Below the pieces are notes generated by a model, which did not search any database, was not told the origin of the DNA, and saw only the letters and a list, made by a program, of their open reading frames with translations. Position numbers and translations under genes: made by a program. This document shows, piece after piece, positions 10,261-20,154 of a DNA stretch of 64,000 nt (positions within the stretch are counted from its first letter, which is position 1; every line of letters begins with the position of its first letter). This stretch comes from an uncultured Microthrixaceae bacterium. Lineage in GTDB: Bacteria; Actinomycetota; Acidimicrobiia; Acidimicrobiales; CAVOFX01. Location: positions 436,833-500,832 of the forward strand of contig CAVOFX010000004.1 in the NCBI GenBank assembly GCA_963695115.1, in the 5' to 3' direction.

Positions 10261-10560
10261 CTCACGCCCTTCACGGGTACGCCGGCCTTCAGCAGGATGG
10301 TGGCATGGGTGTGGCGGCGGTCGTGCAGCCGAATCCTGGCCAGGGTCGACGCGGCGACCCTGGTGCTCGAAGACCTGATGGAGCAGTCGGGGTGGACGGG
10401 TTCCCCGTCGGGTTTGGCGAACACGAAGTGTCGTCGCCGGCCCGCCGACCGGTGAGCATCTGCTCCTCGAGCTGGGGCTGCCGCCAGCCCCGCAGCACCG
10501 CCACGGTCCGATCGTCGAGGTCGACCGTTCGCCGGCCGGCCTCGCTCTTCACGTCGTCGC
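10251..10560 (-). pseudogene. Tyrosine recombinase (phage/ICE integrase) C-terminal remnant
   Basis: KSEAGRRTVDLD and RIRLHDRRHTHATILLKAGVPVKGVSER (HxxR box) split across frames. Truncated before LGH and the catalytic Tyr. Lies next to the tRNA. Confidence 0.85.
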
Positions 10561-10828
10561 TCGCGGTTCATAGACCGATCATCATGAGCCAGCGTGAGAG
10601 GGAACGGCCGAGGCGCGGTCCGAAGGGCCGCTGACAGCCGCCGACGGAATCCGATCAGTTCACGGCGGTCCGAAGAGACCGGGCGGGTGCCTGTAGCAGC
10701 CGAAGTCCTCCGACGCTGGCTCCAGGCCGCGTTGGCTGGCACCGTTGGGGAGGCACGGTCGGTCCGCCCGCGGGGTTGCCGATGGTGCAGACTGGTCGTC
10801 GAGGTTGCCAGGGGCGGAAGGAGCGACG

Positions 10829-12517
10829 GTGGCCGATCTGGTCGTGATTCTCATCAGTGGGGAGGTCCTCACCGGGAACCTCGCTCGCTCACTTGCCGAA
10901 CCGAAGGTGCACCCGTGGGCCTTCGGGCTCTGGAAGCGACAGATGCAGGCGCTCAAGGTCGGCACCGCGGTTGCATTCATCGATCTCGTCGATGAGCACG
11001 GTCGACAGGTCAACAAGTTCACTGCCAACACAGCGGTGCTCGCAGCGAAGCGAATCGTGATGGGCCGGGTCTGCCGCGACATCGATCAGACGGAGGACCC
11101 GTTCTTCGCCGGATATCCGTACGAGTTCCGGTTCGACCAGGTCACCGACGAGGCGCTCACCGCCAGATTGAGCCTGGAGGAGACCGTTGACCGGTTGAAC
11201 GATCGCGTCGAGGGGCTCGGCCTCGAGCCGATGCAGCTTGCGGAGTTGGTCAGGAATGCGAAGTCGACCTCGATCGGCGTCTTCATCGATGGAGCTCCCC
11301 GGCTGGCCAGCTACTTCAGAACTGCCGGTAGGCCGGCAGGCTCGGCGGCAGGAGACTCGTTTGACGACTCGGGCGAGGGATCCCAGGGCATCGACGAACT
11401 CGCGGGCGAGATCGAGTCCCCGTTCGCCGCCGTGGTGGGTTCGTTCTCCAGAGCCATTGCCGATGCCAATCTCATATTCTTGGGTGCTAACAGACACCTG
11501 CCGCAGGCCTTCCTGGCCGCCATCGTGGCCAAGCGATTCGTGATCCTCAGCGGGCTCTCGGGCTCGGGCAAGACCCAACTGGCTAGATCGCTCGGCCAGT
11601 GGCTCGGCGAGGACGGGAAGGGACCCCGATACCTGGTCGTCCCGGTTCGTCCTGATTGGACCTCTCCGGAGCCCTTAGTCGGCTACGAGGACGCCCTGCT
11701 CAAGCCCGACGGAGGGCGTCGAGCGTGGACGGCTCCATCCCCCTTGCGGTTCATGCTCCGCGCCGCTGCGGACCCTCAGCACCTGTACCTCTTGGTCCTC
11801 GATGAGATGAACCTTGCCCACGTCGAGCGCTACTTCGCAGACGTGCTCTCCGGCATCGAGTCGGGAGAGCAGGTGCTGCCTGCGCTTGTGGAAGAGGAGG
11901 ACGGCCACTGGCGCATCCCAGACGGACAGGGCCTTCTGGCGCTCCCGGCAAACCTGCTCGTGGTGGGGACGGTGAACGTCGACGAGACCACCTACCAGTT
12001 CTCCCCGAAGGTGCTCGATCGCGCCTTCACCTTCGATTTCCGGGTCAGCACATCCGAGCTCGGGCAGGCGAGCAGACGCCCAGGAGCGCTGATGCCGGCG
12101 ACGGACGAAGAGCTGTCAGAGATCCGAAAGGTCCTCCTCGACGATGACTGGCACCTCGACCATCCGGCGCCGCGGCTTGCTGAGGTGGTCGAGCAGCTCA
12201 CGGATCTCCACGACCGACTCTCCGAGATCGGCTTCGAGTTCGGCCACCGGACCTTCTACGAAGCGACTCGCTATTCAGCGACCCTCGCTGGCGCAGGCCT
12301 GGTCGACAGTGACGAAGCGCTCGACTGGATACTGATGACGAAGATCCTCCCGCGACTGCATGGATCGAGACGGCAACTCGAACCGGTCCTCGGCGACCTT
12401 CTGGCCACTGCCACGGGAACCGACGCAGAGAAGCCGGTCATGCCGCGGACGGCTCGAAAGGCAGCCAGGATGCTCGACCTGGTCCGAGCCAATCAGTTCG
12501 TCTCCTTCGCGGAGTGA
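10829..12517 (+). CDS. mcrB: McrB-like AAA+ GTPase (type IV restriction motor) with divergent N-terminal domain
   Basis: Walker A GLSGSGKT, VRPDW, Walker B LDEMN, GTVNVDETT (NxD) and FSPKVLDRA. GTG start follows an AGGAG RBS. Confidence 0.9.
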   Translation: MADLVVILISGEVLTGNLARSLAEPKVHPWAFGLWKRQMQALKVGTAVAFIDLVDEHGRQVNKFTANTAVLAAKRIVMGRVCRDIDQTEDPFFAGYPYEFRFDQVTDEALTARLSLEETVDRLNDRVEGLGLEPMQLAELVRNAKSTSIGVFIDGAPRLASYFRTAGRPAGSAAGDSFDDSGEGSQGIDELAGEIESPFAAVVGSFSRAIADANLIFLGANRHLPQAFLAAIVAKRFVILSGLSGSGKTQLARSLGQWLGEDGKGPRYLVVPVRPDWTSPEPLVGYEDALLKPDGGRRAWTAPSPLRFMLRAAADPQHLYLLVLDEMNLAHVERYFADVLSGIESGEQVLPALVEEEDGHWRIPDGQGLLALPANLLVVGTVNVDETTYQFSPKVLDRAFTFDFRVSTSELGQASRRPGALMPATDEELSEIRKVLLDDDWHLDHPAPRLAEVVEQLTDLHDRLSEIGFEFGHRTFYEATRYSATLAGAGLVDSDEALDWILMTKILPRLHGSRRQLEPVLGDLLATATGTDAEKPVMPRTARKAARMLDLVRANQFVSFAE

Positions 12518-14721
12518 CAGTGCCGACGATCGACGTCCCCATCGATGGCGCCGATGGCGTCCTGCGGCTGGTGCCATGGTCGGGTGAGGTGGTGCGGGAA
12601 GGCGGTCGCTACCTCTACCGCCTCATCGACAGCGACCGGACGATCGCGTCGATCGAGCCGAGTGAGCTCTTCGCGCCCCAACCCGATGACCCGAACGCGG
12701 GTGACTTCACGCCTCAGCAGTGCGTGGGCGACGTTCGGCTGGTGCTCGCGTTCGACGACGGTACCGAGGCTTGGGCCATCGTCGAGGTTCTGCCGACCAA
12801 GCTCGACTACGAGACCGAGTACCGGGCGATGCTCGAGCAGATCGCCGACCACGCGGCTGAGGCGGTTCTGCAGGGGTTTGCTCCATCGTCGTTCGAGGCG
12901 CACGTCGACACCGACGCCGACGCCGCAACCAGATACCGCGCCCTCGCTTTCCTCGCCGCGCGATTCCGAGATGAAGCCTTCCTCACGGCCATCGAGAGAA
13001 TCCGGCATCAGCCACACCGAGACTGGGAGCAGCACGAGGAGCGACGCCCGCTCGGTTCTGGACTTCGCACGAGCCCCTCGATGGCGAGGGCGCTCCAGCG
13101 GGGCAGGTTGACCTCGGCGACGCCCGAGCATCTCTCGCACCTGCCCTTGGCCGCGCTTCCTTCGACCGTCGCAGATCGGCGCACCGAAGCCACGTACGAC
13201 ACAGCACCCAATCGGTTCGTTCGGTACGCCTTCGGGCGTTGGCAGGGCATCGCACTCGAGCTCCTCGACGCCCTCGATGACCCGAACCGCACTGGCGCCG
13301 GGCCCATGGGGCGCGGCCGCCGAGAAGCCCAATGGGTCGTCGATCGATGTGAGGACGTTCTCGCGCTCCCAGCACTCCGTGACGCCGGCAGGTTGACGCT
13401 CGTGCCGACCGGCAACCAGGTGCTGCTCCGCCAGCCCGGCTACCGAGATGTCCTCCGAGTCTTCGCACTGGCCGAGGCCTCGATGGCACTGGAGGCCGTG
13501 CTTCCTGACGATCCGTTCAGCGCCACCCAACGAAACGTGGCGACGCTCTACGAGTACTGGTGCTTCGTCGCACTCGCGGCGTGCCTGGCATCGGTCGCTG
13601 GTGCGGCACCACAAGGGCTGCTGTTCGAGGCGTCTGCGAACGGATTGAGCTTGGCCCTCAAGCAAGGCGAGGCCTCGAAGCTGTCGTGGGAGCTCGATGT
13701 CGACGGCCGTGTGCTGATGATCGACCTCTGGTTCAACAGGACGTTCAAGCGCACGGACGACCCCAGGGCGGAAATGGGATCGTGGGCTCGCCAGCTTCGT
13801 CCCGACGCGTCGCTTCGGATCCGCCCGAAGTCCGCGCGGCCGACGGACGCCGTTGATCCGGAGCTCGATGTGTGGCTCCACTTCGATGCCAAGTACCGCA
13901 TCGAGAGGCTGATCCTCGATGAGGCGATCGAGGGTGACGAGCCCGTGTCTGAGCCCGATCGGGTTGCGAAGCGGGAGGATCTGCTGAAGATGCACGCATA
14001 CCGCGACGCGATCCGCCGGAGCGCGGGAGCGTACGTCCTGTACCCCGGCTCCGGCCCCGAAGCGATCAGATCCGAGTTCCATGAGCTGCTGCCCGGCCTT
14101 GGCGCGTTCCCGCTTCGTCCGGTTCCCGGCGGAGAAGTCGCCGGAGCGGACGCACTCGAAGTGTTCGTCCGCGACGTCGCCCGGCACGTTGCGAACCAGG
14201 CATCCGCGATGGAACGGACGCAGTACTGGACGGCTCGCTACAACCAGCGGCGCGGCCCACGAATGCGACCTGTCGACTTCCTCGCCCGCCCACCCGCTGA
14301 TACGCCAGCCTTGGTCGGCTACGTCCGCGCGGACCAACTCGACTGGGTGATGCGCACCAAGCAGTACAACGTGCGAGTCGGCAGCCGGCGCGGCGCCGTC
14401 GACCTCGCGGATGACGTTCTCGCGGCAGATCTCGTGGTCCTGTGGACCCGGGCGCCAGGCGGGGGAGTCGAGGTGCTCGGCGGTTTCGAGCGGTCAGGCC
14501 CCTGGCAGGTGGCGATGGCCGACGAACTCTCCGCCACGGGCTACCCGGTGAAGGACCTGTCCCACAGGTATCTGGTCACCCCGATCGAACCGCTGGCGGT
14601 AGCCGTCGAGCAACTCGTGAATCCGTCTGTCCTCGACGCTCACCCCGACCGACCGACCGGAGCGCCGTGGTCGGCGACGTGGGCGGTACTCACGGGCACC
14701 GACGAGGCAATTGCGAAGTGA
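12514..14721 (+). CDS. mcrC: McrC-like DUF2357 / PD-(D/E)XK nuclease with N- and C-terminal extensions
   Basis: DTAPNRFV, LYEYWC, LRPD...FDAKYR, KMHAYRDAI and AYVLYPG. GTGA overlap with mcrB. Confidence 0.88.
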   Translation: MTVPTIDVPIDGADGVLRLVPWSGEVVREGGRYLYRLIDSDRTIASIEPSELFAPQPDDPNAGDFTPQQCVGDVRLVLAFDDGTEAWAIVEVLPTKLDYETEYRAMLEQIADHAAEAVLQGFAPSSFEAHVDTDADAATRYRALAFLAARFRDEAFLTAIERIRHQPHRDWEQHEERRPLGSGLRTSPSMARALQRGRLTSATPEHLSHLPLAALPSTVADRRTEATYDTAPNRFVRYAFGRWQGIALELLDALDDPNRTGAGPMGRGRREAQWVVDRCEDVLALPALRDAGRLTLVPTGNQVLLRQPGYRDVLRVFALAEASMALEAVLPDDPFSATQRNVATLYEYWCFVALAACLASVAGAAPQGLLFEASANGLSLALKQGEASKLSWELDVDGRVLMIDLWFNRTFKRTDDPRAEMGSWARQLRPDASLRIRPKSARPTDAVDPELDVWLHFDAKYRIERLILDEAIEGDEPVSEPDRVAKREDLLKMHAYRDAIRRSAGAYVLYPGSGPEAIRSEFHELLPGLGAFPLRPVPGGEVAGADALEVFVRDVARHVANQASAMERTQYWTARYNQRRGPRMRPVDFLARPPADTPALVGYVRADQLDWVMRTKQYNVRVGSRRGAVDLADDVLAADLVVLWTRAPGGGVEVLGGFERSGPWQVAMADELSATGYPVKDLSHRYLVTPIEPLAVAVEQLVNPSVLDAHPDRPTGAPWSATWAVLTGTDEAIAK

Positions 14722-14922
14722 AGGGTCTCGTTCGGCCCCGGAGTCGAGGATGAACAGTCCCTGCTGGACTACGGCAACCAGAAGGAGTCCGGGAAGGCCC
14801 TGAAGGCGTTACGCGTGCTCAAGAACTTCTCGCTGCAACTCTCCGACGGCCTGAAGCTCTCCCTGAATGCACATCCCGGCTCCCGCGCCGCCAACCTGCC
14901 GACACGTGACGTGGTCCGACGC

Positions 14923-16141
14923 TCAGGCGGCGCCTCTCTCGCCGGCGGTCAGCCAGCTGTGCAGGATCACGTCGGCGGCCCACGGGGTCATGCGCTCGCC
15001 GGTCCCGCTGTTGCGTGGCCCGGGGGGTGGGGGATCTCCCGTCGGAGGTGGTCTTTCGATCGCGAGGGCACGATCACGCCCCTTGGGGTCGACGAAGGCC
15101 AGGTGACCGTCGGGGTCGTGGCCGACGCGCCAGCCCGGGAGGTGCACGAGGCTGTGGTGGGCCTGGCACAGCAACAACATGTTGTCGAGGCTGGTGGGCC
15201 CGCCGTCGGTGTGTCGAACGAGGTGGTGGGCCTTGAGGAACCTGGCTCGACCACATCCGGGGAACCGGCACCCGCCGTCGCGCACCACGAGCGCACGTCG
15301 CTGGTCGGCGCTGGCGAAGCGTCCCGCCGTGGCCACGGTGACCGGCTTGCCGCGCTCGGTGAGCACCACCGACAGGTACGACTCGCAGAGCAACTCGTCG
15401 ATCGTGTGGGCCTCTACGTGGTGCGCTCCGTGTATGTGGCCGTCCACGCCGCCCAAGGCGTCCGAGTCGACCCGCACGATCACCTGGTAGCGATCCGCGA
15501 TCTCGCACCCGGCCGTCGAGCGGCGCTCGACGAACCCAGCTGCGACTCGCACGAGTGCCTCGGCGTAGGGGACCAGGGGTGTGCCCGGCTCATGATCGAG
15601 GTCCTGAGCGGCGCGAAGAGCGGCTTCGACCTGTGCACCCCACTCGGCGCGAAGCGAGCCCCTGAGCCACCACGTGCCGTCGTCGTCGTGGCCGAAGCTG
15701 ACCGTGCGTCGTCGCGCTGGACCGGGCTCGGCATCGTCGGACTGGACCGCTCGCATCGTGCGGACCAGGCGCGAGAGCTGGTCGCCCGTGGCGACCTCGG
15801 AGGTGTCGAGCAGTGCTGCTTCGTTGTCGGGCGTGGCGACCGACACCAGCGTGGCGACGGTGCCCTCCGACAGGCGCCCCTCGGCGAAGGCCTCGCGCAG
15901 CACCGGTAGATCCCTCAGCCGACGAGCGAGGTGAACGGTTCGGCGTGCCTCGGCTGGCATGAGCCCGGCTTGCCAGCCGACCCAGCGGGCCAGGGTCATC
16001 TCGGCGTCGTACACCTCCTCGAGCTCTGCCGACGAGCGCCGCCTGTCGGGCCTGCAGGCTCGAGATCTGGGCGGCCACCCCGCGGAGTCGGGCCGTCAGC
16101 TCCTCGGAGCGTCCCTCATGCTCGATCCTCGCTGCGAACAT
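14923..16141 (-). CDS. DUF222 / HNH endonuclease (13E12-repeat-like), frameshift near 16020-16040
   Basis: RDGGCRFPGC...HH...GGPTSLDNMLLLCQAHH HNH motif. The N-terminus MFAARI is in a second frame. Confidence 0.88.
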
Positions 16142-16149
16142 ACGTTCGA
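16134..16149. promoter_or_regulatory. LexA SOS box overlapping the start of the HNH gene
   Basis: GCGAAC-ATAC-GTTCGA matches the actinobacterial consensus TCGAAC-N4-GTTCGA with one mismatch. The -10 TAGTAT (minus strand, 16154-16149) abuts it. Confidence 0.85.
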
Positions 16150-16280
16150 TACTAGCGCATCAGGTGAGACACTGCCGCAGGGAACAGGTGGACTCGGTGA
16201 GATCTCTCGTCGGTGAGGCCGTTCTGGATCCCGGCCACCGCACGGCAGCGCTCCACCTGCTTGCGTAGCCTCGTGGGGCC

Positions 16281-16430
16281 ATGAGCAGGGCGGACGACTC
16301 CTGCCTCCCCCCGGAGCAGGAGATCGGGCAGCGCATCGACGCTGGGCCTGCGGACCACATCCTGTGCGTGGACCGCCAGGCGGTCAGGGTCATCGAGGCG
16401 AAGAAGTGGAACCAGTGGAGGCGTCCATGA
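16281..16430 (+). pseudogene. Type I restriction enzyme R subunit (HsdR) N-terminal relic
   Basis: 49-aa ORF containing LPPEQEIGQRID and GPADHILCVDRQAVRVIEAKK, resembling the HsdR start and its D...EAK nuclease motif with an internal deletion. Confidence 0.6.
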
Positions 16431-17587
16431 CCGATCTCACACCCCGCCCCGAGCACCAGTTCACGTTCGGTCTGTGGACGGTCGGGCAACCCGGGCCGCG
16501 ATCCGTTCGGGCACGAGGTCCGGCGCACGCTCGACCCGGTCGAGTCGGTCCACCGGCTCGCCGAGCTCGGCGCCGTACGGCGTGAACTTCCACGACGACG
16601 ACCTCGTGCCGTTCGGCTCGTCGCCGCCGACCGCGAGGCGATCGTCGAAGCGCTTCCGCGCAGGCCCTCGACGAGACCGGCATGAAGGTGCCGATGGCGA
16701 CGACGAACCTGTTCTCCCAGCCCGTCTTCAAGGACGGCGCGTTCACGGCGAACGACCCGAGGTCCGCCGCTTCGCGGTGCGCAAGACGTTCGACGCCATC
16801 GACCTCGGGGCCGAGCTCGGCGCCGAGGTGTTACGTGCATGTGGGGCGGCCGCGAGGGCGTGCGAGGCCGACGCCGCCAAGGACGTGCGGGCCGCGCTCG
16901 ACCGCTACAAGGAGGCGGTCGACCTGTGCTGCGAGCACATCCGCGACCGCGGGCTACGACCTGCGCATCGCGCTCGAGCCCAAGCCGAACGAGCCACGCG
17001 GCGACATGTTCCTGCCGACCGTCGGCCACGCCCTGGCCTTCATCGAGCGAGCTGGAGTGGCCCGACATGGTCGGGCTCAACCCGGAGTTCGCCCACGAGA
17101 CGATGTCGGGCCTGAACTTCACCCACGCGGTCGCGCAGGCGCTGTGGCACGGCAAGCTGTTCCACATCGACCTGAACGCCCAGCGGATCGGCAAGTACGA
17201 CCAGGACTTCCGCTTCGGCTCCGAGGGCATCCGGGACGCCTTCTACCTGGTGCCGGCTGCTCGAGGACTCGCGGCTGGGACGGCATGCGGCACTTCGACG
17301 CCCACGCCGTACCGCACCGAGGACGCCGACGGCGTGTGGGACTTCGCCGCGGGGTGCATGCGCACGTACCTGATCCTCAAGGACAAGGCCGAGCGCATCG
17401 CCGACGACCCCGAGATCCAGGAGGCCTTGCGAGGCGGCCAAGGCGGGCGCAGCTGGCGGAAGCCACCGGACCGCTGGAGCACGGTCCGCAGCGCCACGCA
17501 CGACGTCGACGCTGCTGGCCGGCGCAGGGCTACGGCCACGAGCGGCTCGACCAGCTCGTAACCGAACTGCTCCTCGGCGTCCGCTGA
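16427..17587 (+). CDS. xylA: Xylose isomerase (multiple frameshifts)
   Basis: [51 protein letters not shown] and YDQD motifs across frames. Confidence 0.92.
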
Positions 17588-19002
17588 TGCCGCTCGTCGC
17601 CGGGGTCGACTCGTCGACCTCGGCATGCAAGGTCGAGGTGCGCGACGCCGACACCGGCGAGCTGGTGTCGTCGGGTCGCGCAGCGCACCCCGGCGACCAC
17701 GCCCCCGCGAGCGAGCAGGCACCCGCCGGCGTGGTGGGCTGCCTTCGCGTGCCGCCTGGTCGGCCGCCGGAGCCGACGGCACCCACCGCCCCGCTGCGGT
17801 GTCGATCGCCGGCCAGCAGCACGGCCTGGTCGTGCTCGACGCCGACCTAGAGGTGCTCCGTCCGGCGAAGCTCTGGAACGACACCGAGTCGGCTCCGGAC
17901 GCCGGCGCGTTGGTGGCCCGGATCGGCGCCGAGGCCTGGGCGGCGGGATGCGGCAGCGTGCCCGTCGCCAGCTTCACCATCACCAAGCTCGCATGGCTGA
18001 GGCGTTGCCAGCCCGACGTCTTCGCCCGCGTCGCCCGACCTGCTGTTGCCACACGACTGGCTGACCTTCCGGCTCACCGGCCGGCTCAGCACCGACCGGG
18101 GCGACGCCTCCGGAACAGGGTGGTGGTCGCCGCACCAGGAGGGCTACCGCACCGACCTGCTCGACCTCGTCGACGACTCGGTGGACTGGACGCCTCTCCT
18201 GCCCGAGGTGCTGGGCCCTGCCGATGTCGCCGGGGACTGGGACGGCATCCTCGTCGGCCCGGGGACCGGAGACAACATGGCCGCCGCGCTCGGGGCCGGG
18301 CTGCGTCCCGGTGACCTGGCGCTCAGCCTGGGCACCAGTGGCGTGGCGACCTGTGTCAGCGAGCGACCGACGGCGGATCCGACCGGGACGGTCGCCGGGT
18401 TCGCCGACGCCACCGGCCGCTACCTCCCCCTGGTGTGCACCCTCAACGCCACCAAGGTCACCGACGCGGTCGCGCGCCTCCTGGGGGTGGAGGCGGCCGG
18501 GCTCGACCCACTGGTGCTGTCGGAGCCCGCCGGCGCCGGGGGATTGGTGCTGGTGCCGCACCTGGACGGGGAGCGGACGCCCAACCGTCCTGATGCGACC
18601 GGCACGCTCGCGGGCATCCGGTCGGACGTCACCCGGACTCAGCTGGCCCGAGCAGCCGTCGAGGGCGTGGTCTGCAACCTGCTCGCAGGAGCCGACGCGC
18701 TCGCCCGGTGGGTGCCCGGCGTGGCGGAGGGCCGCACGGTGCTCGTCGGTGGCGGCGCCAACAGCTCGGCCTATCGGCAGGTGGTGGCGGACCTCACCGG
18801 AGGGCCGGTCGTGATCCCCGACGACGACGAGCTCGTGGCCCGAGGTGCTGCGGTCCAGGCGGTCGCGGTGCTCGAGGGCACCACGATCGACACGGTCCTG
18901 GCGACATGGGACCAGGGCGAGGCAACGGTCGTGGAGCCGACGCCCGGCGTCGATGGCACCGCAGTGCGCCAGATGTACGCGGAGCACGTGCCGGATCGCT
19001 GA
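17587..19002 (+). CDS. xylB: Xylulokinase, FGGY family (frameshifted in the 5' half)
   Basis: [45 protein letters not shown] and VGGGA. Confidence 0.9.
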
Positions 19003-19170
19003 GATCCGCGGCCGACGCCGTCACGGCAGGATGGCTGCGGCGCGACTGCTCCGGGATGACGGCGCCGAGCTCGCGACCCTCTCGTGGGTGGACTTCTTCG
19101 ACGAGAGCCGGCTGCCCGTGTTGATCGGCCCCCCGGCACGAGAGCTCGGCGCTGGCGCACGGCCCGTCCG

Positions 19171-19198
19171 TGTCACACCGGCCTCGTACGTTGTGTGC
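19171..19198 (+). promoter_or_regulatory. PafBC / RecA-NDp-type DNA-damage promoter, leaderless
   Basis: TGTCAC-N10-TACGTT-N6-GTG, with the spacing of the TGTCRG-N10-TAnnnT motif. Confidence 0.6.
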
Positions 19199-20149
19199 GT
19201 GGGTGAGACGCTGATCGACCCGACATGGGATGACCCGGTCCTGCGGGTGGCGTCCGACGACGTGCGGACCGCCCGGTACCGCCTGCTGCAGTCCTGGTAC
19301 CGGGAGTGCGTGCTGGCTGCCCGCCCGGGTCCTCGCCCGGGCGGATCCCGCGCCCGGGGCCCTGACGGCGAGCGCCGCCTGGTGGGCAGCATGCTGGCCA
19401 CCGAGGAGGTCGATCAGCGCCCGGGCCTGAACTTCGTGACCGACGCGGCTGCCGGCCACGCGTGGGTTCGTGCCGACGAGGTACGCAGCGAAGGCGGGAC
19501 GCTCGACCCACAACGCCTGTTACACAACATGTTGTCGAGCATGCCTATGTGCTTCAACGTGTTCGGATCCCTGCGTGAGGAGCCGGCCTTCGTCGAGTTG
19601 GTCCGGCTCTTCGACCCGGACGCCACGGCGGTCGAGCAGGTGGACTGCGAGGTGAGACCGACCGCATCGCTCGGGGACCGCACGGCCTTCGACGCCGTGG
19701 TCACCTACCGGGGCGTGGGGGGCGGCCAACGGCTACTGGGAGTGGAGACCAAGTACACCGAGGCGTTCAGCCCGAAGAGCTACGACAACGACCGCTACCG
19801 CCAGGTCACCGCCGACTGCGGCTGGTTCAGCTCCGACGCGGCGCCCACGCTGCTGGGTTCGGCGACCAACCAGCTGTGGCGCACCCTGTTGCTCGGCGCC
19901 GTGACCGAGAAGGACCTCCGGCTCGACCAAGTGCGGGTGGGGGTCCTCACGACTGCCGACGACCGGGCCGCGGCAACGGCGGTCGCGACCACCCACCGGG
20001 TGCTTCAGCAGCCCGAGCGGCTGGTGCACCTGAGCCTCGAGGACCTCGTCACAGCCGCCCGCGCCTCGAATGATCCGGGCCTCGCAGAGTGGGCGGGGAT
20101 GTTCGAGCGTCGCTATCTGGACCTCACCCCGATCGAGTGGCTGCCGTGA
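19199..20149 (+). CDS. PGN_0703-like putative PD-(D/E)XK restriction-type endonuclease
   Basis: NMLSSMPMCFNVFG, DRTAFD...GVETKYTE (D...ExK) and NQLWR. An in-frame ATG at 19031 is an alternative start. Confidence 0.75.
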   Translation: MGETLIDPTWDDPVLRVASDDVRTARYRLLQSWYRECVLAARPGPRPGGSRARGPDGERRLVGSMLATEEVDQRPGLNFVTDAAAGHAWVRADEVRSEGGTLDPQRLLHNMLSSMPMCFNVFGSLREEPAFVELVRLFDPDATAVEQVDCEVRPTASLGDRTAFDAVVTYRGVGGGQRLLGVETKYTEAFSPKSYDNDRYRQVTADCGWFSSDAAPTLLGSATNQLWRTLLLGAVTEKDLRLDQVRVGVLTTADDRAAATAVATTHRVLQQPERLVHLSLEDLVTAARASNDPGLAEWAGMFERRYLDLTPIEWLP

Positions 20150-20154
20150 TCTTG

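Noticed and set aside
10745-14721. Calling the McrBC pair a full CoCoNuT system
   Set aside because: No SF1 helicase, long coiled-coil effector or CARF regulator is adjacent. Only the NxD/DUF2357 core is present.
16427-18060. Programmed frameshifting or phase variation in xylAB
   Set aside because: The shifts are too many and are not at evident slippery or homopolymer tracts. Sequencing error is the simpler explanation.
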